A stretch of 64,000 nucleotides of DNA from Chrysomallon squamiferum (lineage: Eukaryota > Animalia > Mollusca): NCBI GenBank assembly GCA_012295275.1, contig CM022679.1, forward strand, positions 25,358,001-25,422,000, in the 5' to 3' direction. The position numbers were made by a program, and so were the translations under genes. The notes below the pieces were generated by a model, which did no database searches, was not told where the DNA came from, and saw nothing but the letters and a program-made list of their open reading frames with translations. Below are positions 39,143 through 53,489 of this stretch, one piece after another (the first letter of the stretch is position 1; each line of letters begins with the position of its first letter).

Positions 39143-41756
39143 TCAGCAAGGATCAGCCTGTCTGTGATGCAAGTTGATCCATTTAACAACCTTGTCCAGG
39201 CTCTTTCCGTTTTTGGCACTGATTTCAATCACACTGACTGTCTGCTCAGCATGTTTGAGAATATCTTTAAGTCGGAATAAGGATTCCACTTCGCTCAGGG
39301 TCATAGCAGTATTCAGATCACTGAAAATAACAAAGTTCTGAATTTTTTATAATCATGTGAATGATTTTTAAAATGTCAGCTAGATTACTGAGAATAAACA
39401 GCAAATCTCTCAGCTGCATTTGAAATGTGCACATTTTTATCAATTATTCACCGATGTGTAAAACTAAGGTAACATTCGTGATCTTATTGAATTTTCACCT
39501 AACCAAAAATTAACATAATGTCTATATATATTAAAGATCAGTTGGTGGAAGGAAAAAGGAAAAATCGGAAAGTTTCAATGTGTTCACTCCTATCTCCAGG
39601 ATTACAAATAGCTGACCATCAATATTTTTCACACTGCAGTCAAAAGACTCAGAGAAATTTATTAATGCAAAAGAGATGTATTACCTAAATTTATACACTA
39701 TTTATAATTATAAGACTTTAAAGATTTATCAGTTACAAACATGAACAAATACTGTGTTTTATTTCTTCTACATTTTCATTTCCCTCTCAAATTTTTTTTA
39801 AAAGAATGTAGGAAATCATAAAGGGAGATAATAAATAACATTGCATTCATACTTTTAATTTACCATCTTAACATATCACATTTATTTATAATAACTTAAA
39901 CTTCATTTAATTTTTCAGCTTTTTCAAACAGAAATCTTTAACAAATGAAAAAAAATGTTTTCAGTGTTCTCAGATGAACAAGTTAACTAAGAAAGTTCAA
40001 ATAAATTTTTTAATTTATGAGACACTCACGTTTTATTGAAGAGGAGAAGGAATGGTAAAGTCTTTGTCTGGGGATGAGAAAGCAACATCAGAAGCTGGAT
40101 GCAAGCAGCTGAAACTTGCAGTCGGTTGGTCAAGTCAATCATGTACTGAAAACAAAAATACATATTTCAGGTAATCACAACAAAAAATAAATAAATAAAT
40201 AAAGTGAGAATTTTTACAAATTAATGAAGGAAAAAACAAGTTGTTACAAAACTAAATTGCAAGTGCATCTTCAGACTTGTTGTAGAGGATAAATCAATGA
40301 AAATTTAAGAAGTTCAAAGCATTATCATGATTATGACTCAAGTGTCTCTTCATAGTCTAGGCCAGGCAAACTGTAATGTGCCCAACTGATGATGAATCAT
40401 GTTCTCTTGCAGTTCACTTCTCAAAAAAGGTTACCTATGCCTGGTATACATCATCACCTGTACATGTATTTGCATTAGCTTTGTCACCATATTCAAATAC
40501 AATCAGTTGTTAAGATTACTGTTACTGTAGATTTTGTTTTAAAAAAAAATAAAAATAATAAATGAAGCTATATTTCCCCAAGCTTTAAAATAATAAATGA
40601 TAAATACGTACATTTATTTATGTAGTGGAAAAATATATATATATTTTTTTAAAAGATACTTACTATCACTGTGTCAGTGTCCTTAAGATAATTATGCCAT
40701 ATTGGTCCCATGGAACCACCAAGTTCTCTGAGTGTCACCTCATTCTTCTGCCCTGTCAACACTGATACCAGATTTGTTCCTACCTGAAACAAATTAGAAC
40801 AATTGTTATATAATATATTGACAAAAATGTATTAATCTTTTTTCTTTAAAAAAAAGAAAAGAAATAATAATAATAAAATTAAAAAAATGTGTTCATATGG
40901 AAAAATTGTTTTTGTTGTCACTGTTTTGTTTTTTGTTGTTATTTTGGGGTTTTCAGTCTAAGAAAATTAAAGAAATAAAATTATATTACAGTACCATTTA
41001 ACTTTAAGTTATCAAAATAAATAAAATAAAAATTATTATAAAATACTGCATCTATTGTTATTGGAAATAAAAATAAATAAATATCTGTTTGTAGTTTACT
41101 GTTACAGTGACAAAACAGGCATTATATTTTATCTATTGACATCTAATGTCTCTAAAATCAAAAGTTTTTTTCTTGTTTTTCATCCTCACTGTTGGGATAG
41201 TTGTTGGAGAATCACCAATTCCATTAACAGCACCTTTTGAAAGAAAATCTGAGATACACATTAAGGAAAAAAATGTTACATAATTACACATATATACATA
41301 TTACATATACACATATATTTTTTTTCCCAAATACATGATACACACAGTTTAATATTAACTGCAGTCATACAAATGTTTATCACAATAAATTATTAAAGCA
41401 TTATGATTATCTTCTGTCTGATGATGGGACAGACACTAAATGTTTAAATGACAGATATTAACGTTTAAGTGATGACTTCATTTTCAAACAGATATTAAAT
41501 GTCTTCTTTGATTGAGTTTGTAATGAAAACACTAATGATTAAATTTCTTAGAATGAAACAAGTTACATAACTAGCTGGTTTTGTTTTGGTTTGGTTTGTA
41601 TTTTTATATTCTTGTTGCCATGGTTATAAATTTATTTTCTTTTTTAAAGCTTTGCTCAAATTCATAATTCTAATGGTTCTTAAGGATACTAATAGCTTGC
41701 AGCCGTTTCAGGAGTAGAGTTTTACCAACACCGGACGGTCCAATTAATAGACACAT
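39143..41756 (-). CDS. ARL16: ADP-ribosylation factor-like protein 16, 5 coding exons, 179 aa
   Basis: Exons (minus strand) 41690-41756, 41190-41248, 40664-40783, 40030-40145, 39143-39320 (540 nt, phase-consistent). Translation: MCLLIGPSGVGKTLLLKRLQ...TIPTVGTNL...VTLRELGGSMGPIWHNY...YMIDLTNRLQVSAACIQLL...LLLFNKTDL...IEISAKNGKSLDKVVKWI...DPC*. The MCLL start, P-loop, ELGGxMGPIW, NKxD and SAK motifs match ARL16. Confidence 0.95.
41249..41689 (-). other. U12-type (minor spliceosome) GT-AG intron, ARL16 intron 1
   Basis: The minus-strand 5' splice site is GTATCCTTAA. The 3' end is TTTTCCTTAATgtgtatctcAG, a U12 branch-site consensus about 12 nt before the AG with no intervening polypyrimidine tract. 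Confidence 0.88.
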
Positions 41757-42501
41757 CCTATCATTTCACTGTTTTATACATTTTTGCTGTCAAAAGTATT
41801 AACCGGAAGCAAAAACGAAATATGAAACAGGAAGTTATCAAACGTGCTGTAATTAGCATTAATGTCAAATATTGTTATCTTTTTAATATCATTAAAAGAA
41901 AACAACATTAATTTTTGCTGAAATTATAAAACCGCTGCTTTTAATAGCTCTGCAGTGTATTATTTGAATGGCGTAAAGGAAAACACTGGTTTTCAGCATT
42001 TGCATTGCGCTCAATTTGCCTCTTCTTATTATATTTTGAAATGTATTAATCAGTCTATAAAAGCTTCCAAAAGTAGATAAGAACTATTTACAAACAACCT
42101 TATTCATTAATTTATTAATTTATCAGATAATAGTATCTGCTAAATATTTGTTTGGGGTTTATTTCTTTTTTAAAATTTTATTTTATTTTCTTATTTTATT
42201 TATTGATTTGAACGCATTAGTAAACTTCTATTATGACTGATGTTAGAAATTTGTCTAATCTGATTTTTTTTTAATACAAAGAATTAAGATATCAAAATGT
42301 GATTGATGCACATTGATGTCATCTACATATTCATTCTGAATATATTATTATTATTATTATTATTATTTTCATTATTATTATTATTATTATTACAGTCGTC
42401 ACTAGCACTCTAGATAATAGTATATGACGCCATTTGATTAGTATCAGAAACAGGTGTTTCTGACTCAGTAAAAATACGCCAATTTATTGAAATCAAGAAA
42501 A
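41757..42501. promoter_or_regulatory. Putative bidirectional promoter, ARL16/HGS
   Basis: Divergent ATGs 745 bp apart. ETS-like ccggaag (~41803) and caggaagt (~41828); YY1-like cgccattt (~42428). Confidence 0.55.
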
Positions 42502-45500
42502 ATGTTCGGAAGCAAAACATCAATATTTGACAGAGCTTTAGGTAACTGCGATGATTCTGTAAAATATATTATGTTTGTATTATTTGAGTTTAAATAATCA
42601 TGTTGATAGTTTAAACAACTAGATAGTAGGTAACGTATTCGTAATGACAATACTGAATACACATGTATGTGACATACAGTGAATGCTATAGTCACTAGTG
42701 TATACAGTATAGATGATAATGATTACTAATGTGACAAATGTCTGATATTAAAATGATCATCCTTATTATGACATAAAGAAAGGGAATCCACAACGGATGA
42801 TAACAATGCTGATACTAGTGATATGCCATAAACTTTACTTTGTTAAGTCTGTGTAAGCCCCTTCGGTGAATGTTTTGTTGTATATATATATATATATGTT
42901 TTTATAATCATCATTAATGCACTTCATTCAGTCATTATGTCAAAACTGAATTCAGTCAATAATATTATATTATTGTACTTTTTTGTTTGTTTTGTTTTTA
43001 ATTTATGTGATGATGATGATAATTTTTGTTATTATTAACTTTATTATTATTATTATTATTATCTGCATTTTCTGTAGACTCTATAAATTTATATATTGAT
43101 TATCATGAAACTCATAATATAATTATTATTAATAAGTGTCAAACATAGGTTTCTGTCTTTATCACAGGCATATGTTTTGGGTGCATTTGGTGAGTGCTAC
43201 ACAAACACCAAAGATGACAAAGACATTAAAAATATTAAACTCACTGAATAATAAAATACTGGATCATAATTTGAACTAAAATTTATCTGTCCGATTTAAA
43301 ACTTTTGTGGTGGTTATTGTGAGCTATCAGTGCACACTCGACATAGGCAGATAACATGATAATGGGACATTGACAGAAATAAGGATTAAAGGATGAGTGA
43401 CTGATTTTTACAGTGATGTTACAAAAAGGAAATCAGCTATCATTATTCTACCAGCAGTTTTAATCCATTTAGAGAGTAAGGATACATGTGGTTTTTCATT
43501 TACCATTCCAGTCAGGACAGAATATACTGTCTTGTTTGATTAAACAAGTCATGATACTTCATCCCTCATACATTATTTTATTGGTTTATATAATTTGCTC
43601 AGCTATTAAAAAAAGAACTGTGGACATCAAACTGACTGTCTATTTGCAGTGTCATTTTAAACACCATTCAGATTGTTATTCCCTCAAATAATATGAAAAC
43701 CAAAAATAAAAGTGATTTTTGCACATCCAGTAATGTCATTATATGAAAAAAAAAAAAAAAAAAAAAAATGTTAAGCTCTGAGAAAAAATATTTTTTAAAG
43801 AAATAATTAAATGGCATAATACATTATATATATGGTGCTAAATTTTTAAATATTTACCAGTGTGAAAATATTAAGTATATATTTCAGTTTTGTACATTTT
43901 ATTTTATAAAATATCCAGTGAAAATATAAAAAATAATGAAATTGTCTTGATTTTCTTGCTATAAGGATTTGTGATTAGATACAAAAACAAAAAATATAAA
44001 GGTAATTGAACTTAGCTCCTTGTAACCAAATACAGTAAGCTAAATTCAGTTGGTTCTTTTTCTGTTGTTGTTGTTAACTTTTTTTCTATCTTCTGAAATC
44101 TTATAATTGCCATTAGTCTGGTTGTTGTTTGTTACAAAATTAGAGATATTTGAGTAATCATCAGATAAAAAAAAAAAAATGATTTCTTGATAAAGTATCA
44201 ATTTTTATTTTCATACAGAAAAAGCTACAAGCCAGTTATTACTTGAACCAGACTGGGATTCTGTTCTTCAGATATGTGACTCCATTCGACAAGGAGATAT
44301 ACAGTATGCTTTTCTGTTTTTCTTATAATATTAGCACTTCAGTCCCATAAAAATATTGCTGTGCTAAATGCATGCTCTGGGAAATACACATCATAGAATT
44401 TAATACACACGCATATAAGGCGAAGAAGATTTTAGAAAAGTCCATACATTCAAGATTCTTACATAGAGTAATGAATTCACTAGAAAATTTACTATTTCTA
44501 TTACACATGTGATATAAAATAAATATGTTTGCAAAATAACTATATATTTGTTTATATTTTCAGGCCAAAGCCTGCTGTTCTTGCTATTAAGAAAAAAATA
44601 ACATCCGACAATCCACATGTTGCACTCTACTCTTTACAAGTAAGATTTTAATTTATTTAAAAACATTTTTCTGCCAAATACAAACTATTAAACTCTTGAA
44701 CTCTTCAAGCTGTCTTTTTTTTCCCTTTTTCTTTTATGTTTGATTAATATTTTTTTTTTTTTTTTTTTTACATTCAGTTATATGACTGGTAACTGTCATA
44801 ATATTTAAATATGTTATTTTTTTTATTTAATCAATTTTTAATCACTTTAAATATAATTTTATATATGTGCATGTATATATATACATACATATATATATAT
44901 AAAAATTGGTAAACAGATAGACCGAGACAGATGTTTTCTTACATTTGATATTTTTTTATATAATTGTATCCTTAGAGAAAAATCAAGTCCTTGCTTTTGT
45001 ACTCGTCAGTCTCATGTCATAGATGCAAATGAAAAAATTTCTGATTATTCTTAGCAATTATAAATTAATGATACAGTTATAAAACTATACTAATATTCTG
45101 TGTTTTAGATGTCACTATCCTGTTGATGTCTGAATTACTAATTTAACTTTTATATTGATCTTTTAATATATTTGTCTAAAGGTCCTTGAGTCATGCATGA
45201 AGAATTGTGGTTCATTAGTCCACAGTGAAGTGGCTTCAAAAGAGTTTATGGAATTTATGAAAGACCAGGCAAAGGTAAATGTTTGTTCTAAAAAGATCTT
45301 GATAAAAAGGAAAGAATTACTTACTGCGTTAACCCTGGTGCAGATTAAAAGTTTGTATACATTTGTTTTACTCTTGAAATTTTGATCTTTCTCAATTAAA
45401 GTGAAATAAAAAAAATTAACCAGTGTTTATAATACAAAATATGATATGTTTTGTTAAATATAGCATAAACTGATACATTTATAAATTGATATAAATTTTA

Positions 45501-48500
45501 TTTTTATTATAAATCCAAATATGTTTATTGGAAACTGTCTCTCATTTTAATGATATCTCTTATAATCTTTTTAATTTTAATTTTTTTGTTTTCTTTCTTT
45601 TTTTCCAGGTCAGAACTGACCCAGTAAAAGCAAAGATTTTGGAATTGATTCAGATCTGGTCACATGCTTTTAGAAATGAACCCAGCTATAAGGTGGTGCA
45701 AGATACATTTCATCTTATGAAGATGGAAGGTATGAAATGTTAATATACACTAACTTTTATTTAGATGTCTACATTTAAATATTTTCAGTATTAATGTACT
45801 GGAATAATAAACTTTTTTCATCAGAAATCACATAATTTTTTTTATTTTTTTTTAGCATGTTGCAGTTTAGTTCTTTCATTCTGTGTTGCCTGTGTTATTA
45901 AGTTAATATTACCCAACTGTATAGCAGGATACAAATATAATAAGCAGTGGTCTAACTGATTTCAGATGTCTAGGTTGCATTAAAATGTATATAGTAGACA
46001 AAAATAATGTATCTCACTTATGGAAGTTACATGATAATATATTTTTCGTTGCATTAATTTAAATTAAGGTTAAACATAAAATTCTATTTATTCAGTGTAT
46101 ATTTTATATCATATAGCTGTAATCATTTCTGAACATAAATGGTAATTAAAATAATATTTATTTGCAGGTTACAAGTTTCCGACTTTTATGGAATCTGATG
46201 CAATGTTTTCTGCTGACAAAGCACCTGAATGGACTGACGGAGATGTGTGTACACGTTGTCGTGTTGCTTTTGGAATGGTCCAGAGAAAGGTAATTTTTCT
46301 TAATGATATTTGTTAAACTGATCTTGTTTTAATATGTGTAATCTCTATCAGAAATGAATAAATTACACTATATATCTTTCCTGGAATGGATAAATCTTCA
46401 AATACAGTGGATTTCATTTCAATTTTTTGTGTTTATTTGCTTATTTTCTTCTTATTTGGAATATTTTTTGTTATTTCAGTGTCTTATGAAGCATTAATAA
46501 TAAGAGAAATAATTTTTTTTTCGTTACAATTAATTTGCTACTAAGATGATTTTTGTTGGGTATTTTTGTATTTGTTTAATTTGTTTACTGTTTCTTGTTT
46601 TTGTTTTGTTATTTTATTTTTTTTGTTAATTGAAATTTATGAGTATTTATTAAAACTAATCTAATCCTGAATCCTTTTCACTTCTTTTTCAAGCATCATT
46701 GTCGAAACTGTGGAGAGGTTTACTGTGCAAAATGTTCATCAAAGACTTCCATTATTCCAAAGTTTGGCATAGAAAGAGAAGTTAGAGTTTGTGATGCGTG
46801 CTATGACAAATTAAATGTGTATGTTTCGTAATCAATTTCATGTCATCTAATATAAATTTATATTATTGTTATTTTTATTTAAATAACTTCAATAGTTCTA
46901 AAAGTCTCTTTAAAATATACAAAAGGTAAAAAGTGAAATATAATCTGTATGGAAACACTTTATTGTTATGTTTTGTGTTTGGTTAAAAGGGCATAAAAGC
47001 ATTGTTGTCTTTGTTCTGGTTTTATTAGGATATAGAATACTGCATGTTCAGATATATATGCATGATATTTTTGCTTTTAAGAAAGAATGGTGAATCCAAA
47101 ATATCACCAAAATTATTATTTTTAAAAGCCCTTAATATGAAATAGCATTTATCATCTTGAAATCTTTTCTACTTCTGCTACAAATATTGAGTTATTCATC
47201 AAGAAAAGCAGTTGCAGAAATTTCATTAATGCAGTTTCTGTTGCAGTGATTTTGATGGGGTTTTGGGGGTGTTTTTTTTCCAGGTCTACAGCTAAGAAGG
47301 AAAATGAATCTGATTTGCCTGCAGAATATTTGGCCAGTCCGCTGTCAAAACAAAATCAGGTTGTCCGTATTTACTTTTATCCCATTAAACTTTTACTTAA
47401 TTAATTACAAACTGCATTAACAGTTTTCCTTAAAAATTTCATATTTCAATTTCTTTATATATAATGGTACTTAAGTATTTTAAGTATGCAACTTTTTTTA
47501 TTTGTGAATTTTTATTTGTGAATGAAAATAAAACAATGGCATTAAATCAGCTCAGAAGAAAAAGTGTATTTAACAATGTTTTCATATTTCAAATTATCAG
47601 TTATGACCAATATCATTCATACCATTATCATTTTGAAGACTGAATGTGATTTTGTTTTCTTTTGGGGTTTAATTAATTTATATTAATTTAAATTTAACAG
47701 AAATAATTTAATGTAATAGTATTCAAAAATAACCTCAACTTTTTAAATGGTTGTGATCAACTTTTTAACATGGACAAATTAATGTACAGCCAGTGAAAAT
47801 TAGTTTGTAAGATTTGGCTGACATTTTTATTTTGAACAGTATCTTATGTAATAAATAGATCATTACATAAACAATGTGAATACCTAAGTTATCAGATCTT
47901 CGAAGCATGAGTTCACAATGAAACTGTATAATATAAATCAGTAAGCATTTATAATTTGCTGCCAAATACAATTCACTGATTTCTTTGTTGTTTTCTTTAA
48001 TAAATATTTTCCTAATTATACTATTTTCATACCATGGTAATAAATACCAAGCTTATTATAGTAATTTTATAAAAAGAAAAATTGTATTAAATTAAGAAAT
48101 ACATCTTTTTAATAGAACTATTTTTTAAATGTGGATGAATACATCAAGGTTGCTATGTTCACAGTCTGTATCACCGTGGTTTCCATTGTATTGTTTTAAA
48201 ATCATTTCATTATTTTAAAAAAGACAGAGATTATAAATATTAGTATAACAAAGACCATTTTCATTGTGAACATAAATTTACATCAATATGCAGAAGGTAA
48301 TTATTATTTTATCACCTTACTTTTTAAATTATTTTTATTAATGTTTGTCTTAGAATATTCATGTAATTTACCTTTTAATCATATTTGTTTTTCTTTTTAA
48401 AACATTTTCCTTGAGAGACATTTAAAAAAAATTGTAGTAACATGTTATATAATGATTTAATCTGAGGAATTTATCCAACATAAAAGCTAAACTAACAATT

Positions 48501-51500
48501 TATTTATATATTCTGCAAAACAAATACTAAAACATTCAAAATTTAATGAATGGAGATGAGACATTATAATGTGAGATACAGTCTACTCAACTACAGAAAT
48601 AATGTTATTCATCACTTGATTACAACAAGCTGAGACCAGATACATGCAAGCCAAACAGCAAAGGGAAATATTTTAATTGGTGACACATATTCAGCTTATC
48701 TTGTCATTGGTTGATGTTAATGGTAATCAATAGTGAAGCAACATAATGATACAGAATCAATGAGTTATACCATTCTGGTATCAATTTTTACTATGATAAA
48801 TTTATTTGGATAAAATAATTATTGTGTAAATATGAGGTCATCTGTTGCTGTAAACAGTATTATATGTTATTATTTCTTCTAATCTCCATTCCCTGTTAAC
48901 ATTGTGTATAGGTAAGTACTTGGAAATAAATATCTAGCTACAAGAAATTGATGTGATTTATTTATGGAAAAGTTTTTTCTATTTATTTTTATTTTATTTT
49001 GTTTATTTTTATTTTTTTTATTACTTTTCTATTTTTATTTTTATCTAAGATAACTATTTAACTTTCAAAAGTTTAAGAAAAAAATGTAATACTTAAACTT
49101 TATCACATAGAAAAACCTGCAGATTTTATGTTTACATTGAATTAAATATTAACTAATTAACAATGAATGTAACATAAAAACAGTTTATATATTTATTTTA
49201 TTTTCAGTTTTATTCATAATTATAGTTGTTAGTGTCATTAGTATGATGTTGTTTTGAACTCAAGACCTACTGATGTTTTTAAAAATCTGTTCCAGAATCC
49301 CCCAACTAAGACAGAGCAGGAGATCCAGGAAGAAGAAGAACTCCAGCTAGCATTAGCTCTGTCCATTAGTGAGAATGAAAGCAAGAACAAAGGTGTAAAA
49401 GTAAGTATTTTTTCAGTGAGATGACACATTATGTATCTAATTTTTTTAACATAAACAAGAAACTCCATTTTGTTGTCTGGGGAAGTTTTGAGGGATTTGA
49501 AAGAAGAATGTTATTTTTAATTATTATTTTTATTTTTTTTTTTTTTTTTTATTATAAATTATTGTTGCAAAGAATACTTGTTTTGAAGAGATTAAGAGAT
49601 TTATAATTGATTTAATGTTTTAAAAATGTGATCGCAATTATTATTTACAGTTTATTAATTTATTTATTCCTTTCAAATGTCTTAAATACTATATAGGACT
49701 TTCTTTTCCTTTTTTCACAGCGAAGTCAAAATCAAAACTATCAAGGCTCCAGCAAAACTTTCAATGCTGGACCTGTGGTAAGTTTAGACTTATTATGTAA
49801 ATTATAAAATTTAGTCTGTCAGACTTCAGAATGGGTTTTAGCACAATGGTTAAAATGTAATGGGCTGTAGGTTCAGTCCTATTCCAGGTGACAATTGAGG
49901 CATACCCAGTACTAACCAGTGCACTACATCTTGTTTACAAAAGCTATGATATGGGCCTTTTTTAATGTATTGGAAGGTACCTATATAAGATCCCTTGTTG
50001 CTAAGTTAAAAAGGGTATGAAAGGAAAGTTAAAACACATTTTATTGATAATATTTGTACATCAGTATTCATCTTATTGTATAGACAAAAATAGTGTGTTT
50101 GAGACAAATATTAAGATTGTTAAATTATAAAATATATATTTTTTAATAATATTTACTCCACTATAATATAAATTTAACTCTGTAATTATAATTCTGAATA
50201 ATCTTCTCTTTTTCTTTTTTTTTTCTTTTTTCTTTTTTGTGATATTTATATAAAGACAAAAAAAAACCTCACATTATAAAATTTATTTTAAAAGAAATAA
50301 AAAAAATTAGCATATTGAAAGATTGATATAATGTACTGTAGATCCTGTTATTTTCTATTTCAGAATGTGCCTACCATAGACACATCAGATATGGATCCAG
50401 AACTTGCTCGCTATTTGAATCGCAACTACTGGGTGCAGAGATCTGAAGAAATAGTTTCCACCACTACACCATCAGCACCTGTTGCAACCAGTGATCCCAA
50501 GGTATCAACAGTGAAATTACAGGAGGTAATATTAAATAAAAGATATTTTTTCATTTACATTTTAATTAAAAATATTGATAAATTCTGAGTATATTTTACT
50601 GTAGTTGATGTCTGAATCAAGTCATAATTCTCTTAGGTATGATGATATGAAATAGAAAGAGCCAGAAATTTTTGACATTAATGAATAACAATGTCACATT
50701 GCATGATAAATCTTTTAGGCAAATACTTTTAAATGAACTTTTTATCAAATTTTGTATTCTACTGTTAAACTACTGTTATTCTTTCATTTCAGCAACATCA
50801 TCTCACAATGCCATACCAGAATGGAGAAGCTGATGATGATAAGGTCCAGTTTCTCAATGCTCTGCAGAGCAGTATTGAGATATTTGTAAACCGTATGCGC
50901 AGCAACTCCCAGCGAGGTCGAAGCATTGCCAATGATTCATCTGTTCAGTCACTGTTTACAGTCATCACCAACATGCATCCCCAGCTTCTTAAATATATAC
51001 AAGAACAAGAAGAACTGAGAGGTTTGTTCATTTAAAAACACTTTATATAGCCTTGAACTTTTTAAATTTAAAATTGACCACTTTGTCTGTTTTATTCAAA
51101 ATTTCAGATTATTTTATAACATTATTTACTGGCTTCAGTTTTTATTGATTTTAAAAATATGAACTCCGCTCAGTGCCTTCATTATCCACTAATATTAAAA
51201 ATGATCTATGTTTTGCTGAGTTTTAATCAATAATGTTAACACCCATAGATGCAAAATAAGGAAATGGACTGTTTCTCAGTGGTAGAATGCTTAGTAGCAG
51301 TGCCAGTTTTTCTCTAAGTGGGGAATTTCCTATACATTAATACCCAACATCTGCTGTATCAAAAGCCAATGTAGATGCTTTTTATAAGAAGATGCATATT
51401 AAAAGATACTCTCAGCTAACTGATAAGAAAAAGACAATTAGTCTGGCAGTAATAATCATTAATATAAATTGAGTTGTCATAAATATATATATATCTGTTT

Positions 51501-53406
51501 AAATAATAATTTTATTAACACACTTTTGTGTTTAATTGTGTGTTACAGGTCATTATGAAAGTCTCCAGGACAAACTAGCTCAGCTGCGAGATGCACGTGA
51601 AGCTCTGGATGCTCTGCGAGAAGAACATCGCGAGAAACGTCGCAGAGAAATGGAAGAACAAGAGCGTCAAAGACAGATTCAGATGGCTCAGAAGTTGGAG
51701 ATAATGAGACAGAAGAAACATGTGAGAATATTTGTTTATTCTTTGAAAATTGAAAGTATTTTTGCCTTTTCATATTTATTTTTTCATTCTCACACTGATC
51801 TTCTTCTTAATAATCAGGAAACATTTGAATTTGCATCAATGGCTTTCATTCTTTCCTTCATTAGTTTTATTACATTTCAGTAAATTCACAATAAGATCAT
51901 TAATTATATATATATAAGTGAGGATATTATAGGATTGATCTTTGTTTTGTTGGTGTTAATAGGAATATCTGGAGATGCAGCGACAGCTTGCTTTACAGCG
52001 GCTTCAAGAACAAGAACGGGAAATGCAAATCCGACTTGAACAGCAGAAACATTTAACACAGATGAGACAGATGCAGACATATGGATATCCACAGGGCATT
52101 GCTGGCATGCAGCAGGTTAGTGTTAACATAAGGGATGGGAATGCATACTATTATTAACAAATGTATTCACAAACACATAACCATACACATAGTTGAAAAC
52201 ACCACTGTTTCATTAAGAATATGATGAAATATTTTATCATTTGTCAGACAAGTGTCAGTGTACAGGAAAAATATTATTAGCAAAAATACACTACTAATGA
52301 TGTGGCTGGTTTGTTTGTTTGTTTTTGAAACCACAGGTTTATGGTTCCCAACAAGGTATGCCACAGCAGGGAATTCCACAGCAGGGAATTCCACCTCAAG
52401 GAATACCTCCAGGACCTCCTCACATGCAGCAGCCTGGATCAGCCTTACATGGCTACAGTCCAATGGGATCAGCAGAGGGATCACCTATCCATCAACCTGG
52501 GTATGGCCAAAATCCTGCTGGGCCAGGAACTCAGGCATCTGGTGGACAGATGGTTCCCAATCAGCCTATGTACATCCAGTCCACACAACAAGGCTATGGT
52601 CAGCCTGGTGTAGGATACCAGCTTCAGGCTCCTATGACTGATGGAGGACCAGGTGGTCAAGCAAGTGGACAAACAGGACCTGCAGGAATGCCTGCAAATT
52701 ATCAGGTTAACTATCAACCCGGCCAACCCAGTGTGCAATACAATGATCAGGGACCATCTGGTATGCCCCCACAACAAATGGTTCAACAAGGCATAGCTCC
52801 TGCACAATCATACCCTCCAGTGCAGCCAGGCATGGAATACCAGTCTTTCAACATGCAAAGTAGGTTGTCTTGGTTAGGGCAGTTTTTGTTCGAACAAAAA
52901 TCCTTGATATTTAACAATGGAAAAAAAAAAGGTAAAATTTTAAACTATAAAAATAAATACAACATTTAATTAACTGCTAGAATTACCTTGTGTTTACCCC
53001 TATTTGAAGAATTTTAAAAAAATGTTAGAGCACTGTTATTAATTTTTATTTTTGAATTGCATTCATCTTGAAATCTGTATAATTCATTAACAGCAAGATA
53101 CTACAGACATAAAAAAAATTAAAAAATTAATCTGTTTGTTTTTCAGACATGGCTGGAGCATTACCACAGCAAAATCAAACATCTTATTCAGGCTCACAGC
53201 CACAGTATATGGGTGCTTCTGGACCAACACCCCCACCACCAACTCAGTACCAGCCTCCACCTACACAACAACTATCACAGCAGCAGATGGCAGTACCAGC
53301 ACAACAACAGGAGCAACAACCACCCCCACAGCAGCAGCAACAGCAGCCATCACCACCACAACAGCATAACACATCAAAAGAAGCAGAACTTATTTCTTTT
53401 GATTGA
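42502..53406 (+). CDS. HGS: Hepatocyte growth factor-regulated tyrosine kinase substrate (Hrs, ESCRT-0), 16 coding exons, ~799 aa
   Basis: Exons 42502-42541, 44219-44303, 44564-44639, 45182-45274, 45609-45729, 46168-46289, 46694-46818, 47284-47359, 49296-49400, 49721-49777, 50364-50525, 50793-51021, 51549-51721, 51963-52115, 52337-52859, 53147-53406 (2400 nt, phase-consistent). Domains: VHS ([22 protein letters not shown]), FYVE ([25 protein letters not shown]), UIM ([12 protein letters not shown]), PSAP, GAT/coiled coil, P/Q-rich tail and the C-terminal clathrin box LISFD. Confidence 0.96.
49830..50012 (+). mobile_element. Decayed tRNA-derived SINE-like element in HGS intron 10
   Basis: A-box-like tagcacaatggttaa and B-box-like ggttcagtcct, followed by ccagtgcactac...aaaagctatgatatg...tatataagatcccttgttgctaa. 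The body is shared with the copy at 51265-51440. Confidence 0.55.
51265..51440 (+). mobile_element. Second decayed copy of the same SINE-like family in HGS intron 12
   Basis: A-box-like ctcagtggtagaatgc, with body tatcaaaagccaatg...gatgcatattaaaagatactctcagctaa that parallels the 49830 copy. Confidence 0.5.
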
Positions 53407-53446
53407 ACAGCAACTGCCATTAGAGTTAAAATACCTATTTACATAT

Positions 53447-53489
<43 letters not shown>

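Noticed and set aside
39140-39151. ARL16 ending TGC TGA TAA as a possible Cys-Sec terminus
   Set aside because: No recognisable SECIS downstream, ARL16 is not a known selenoprotein, and tandem stops are common.
40380-40460. C-box-like GTGATGA / ATGATGA motifs as intronic snoRNAs (also ~50640)
   Set aside because: No properly spaced D box with a terminal stem on the host strand.
44304-44563. HGS intron 2 donor gtatgctttt resembling a U12 site
   Set aside because: Mismatch at +5 and no U12 branch consensus near the acceptor, so treated as U2-type.
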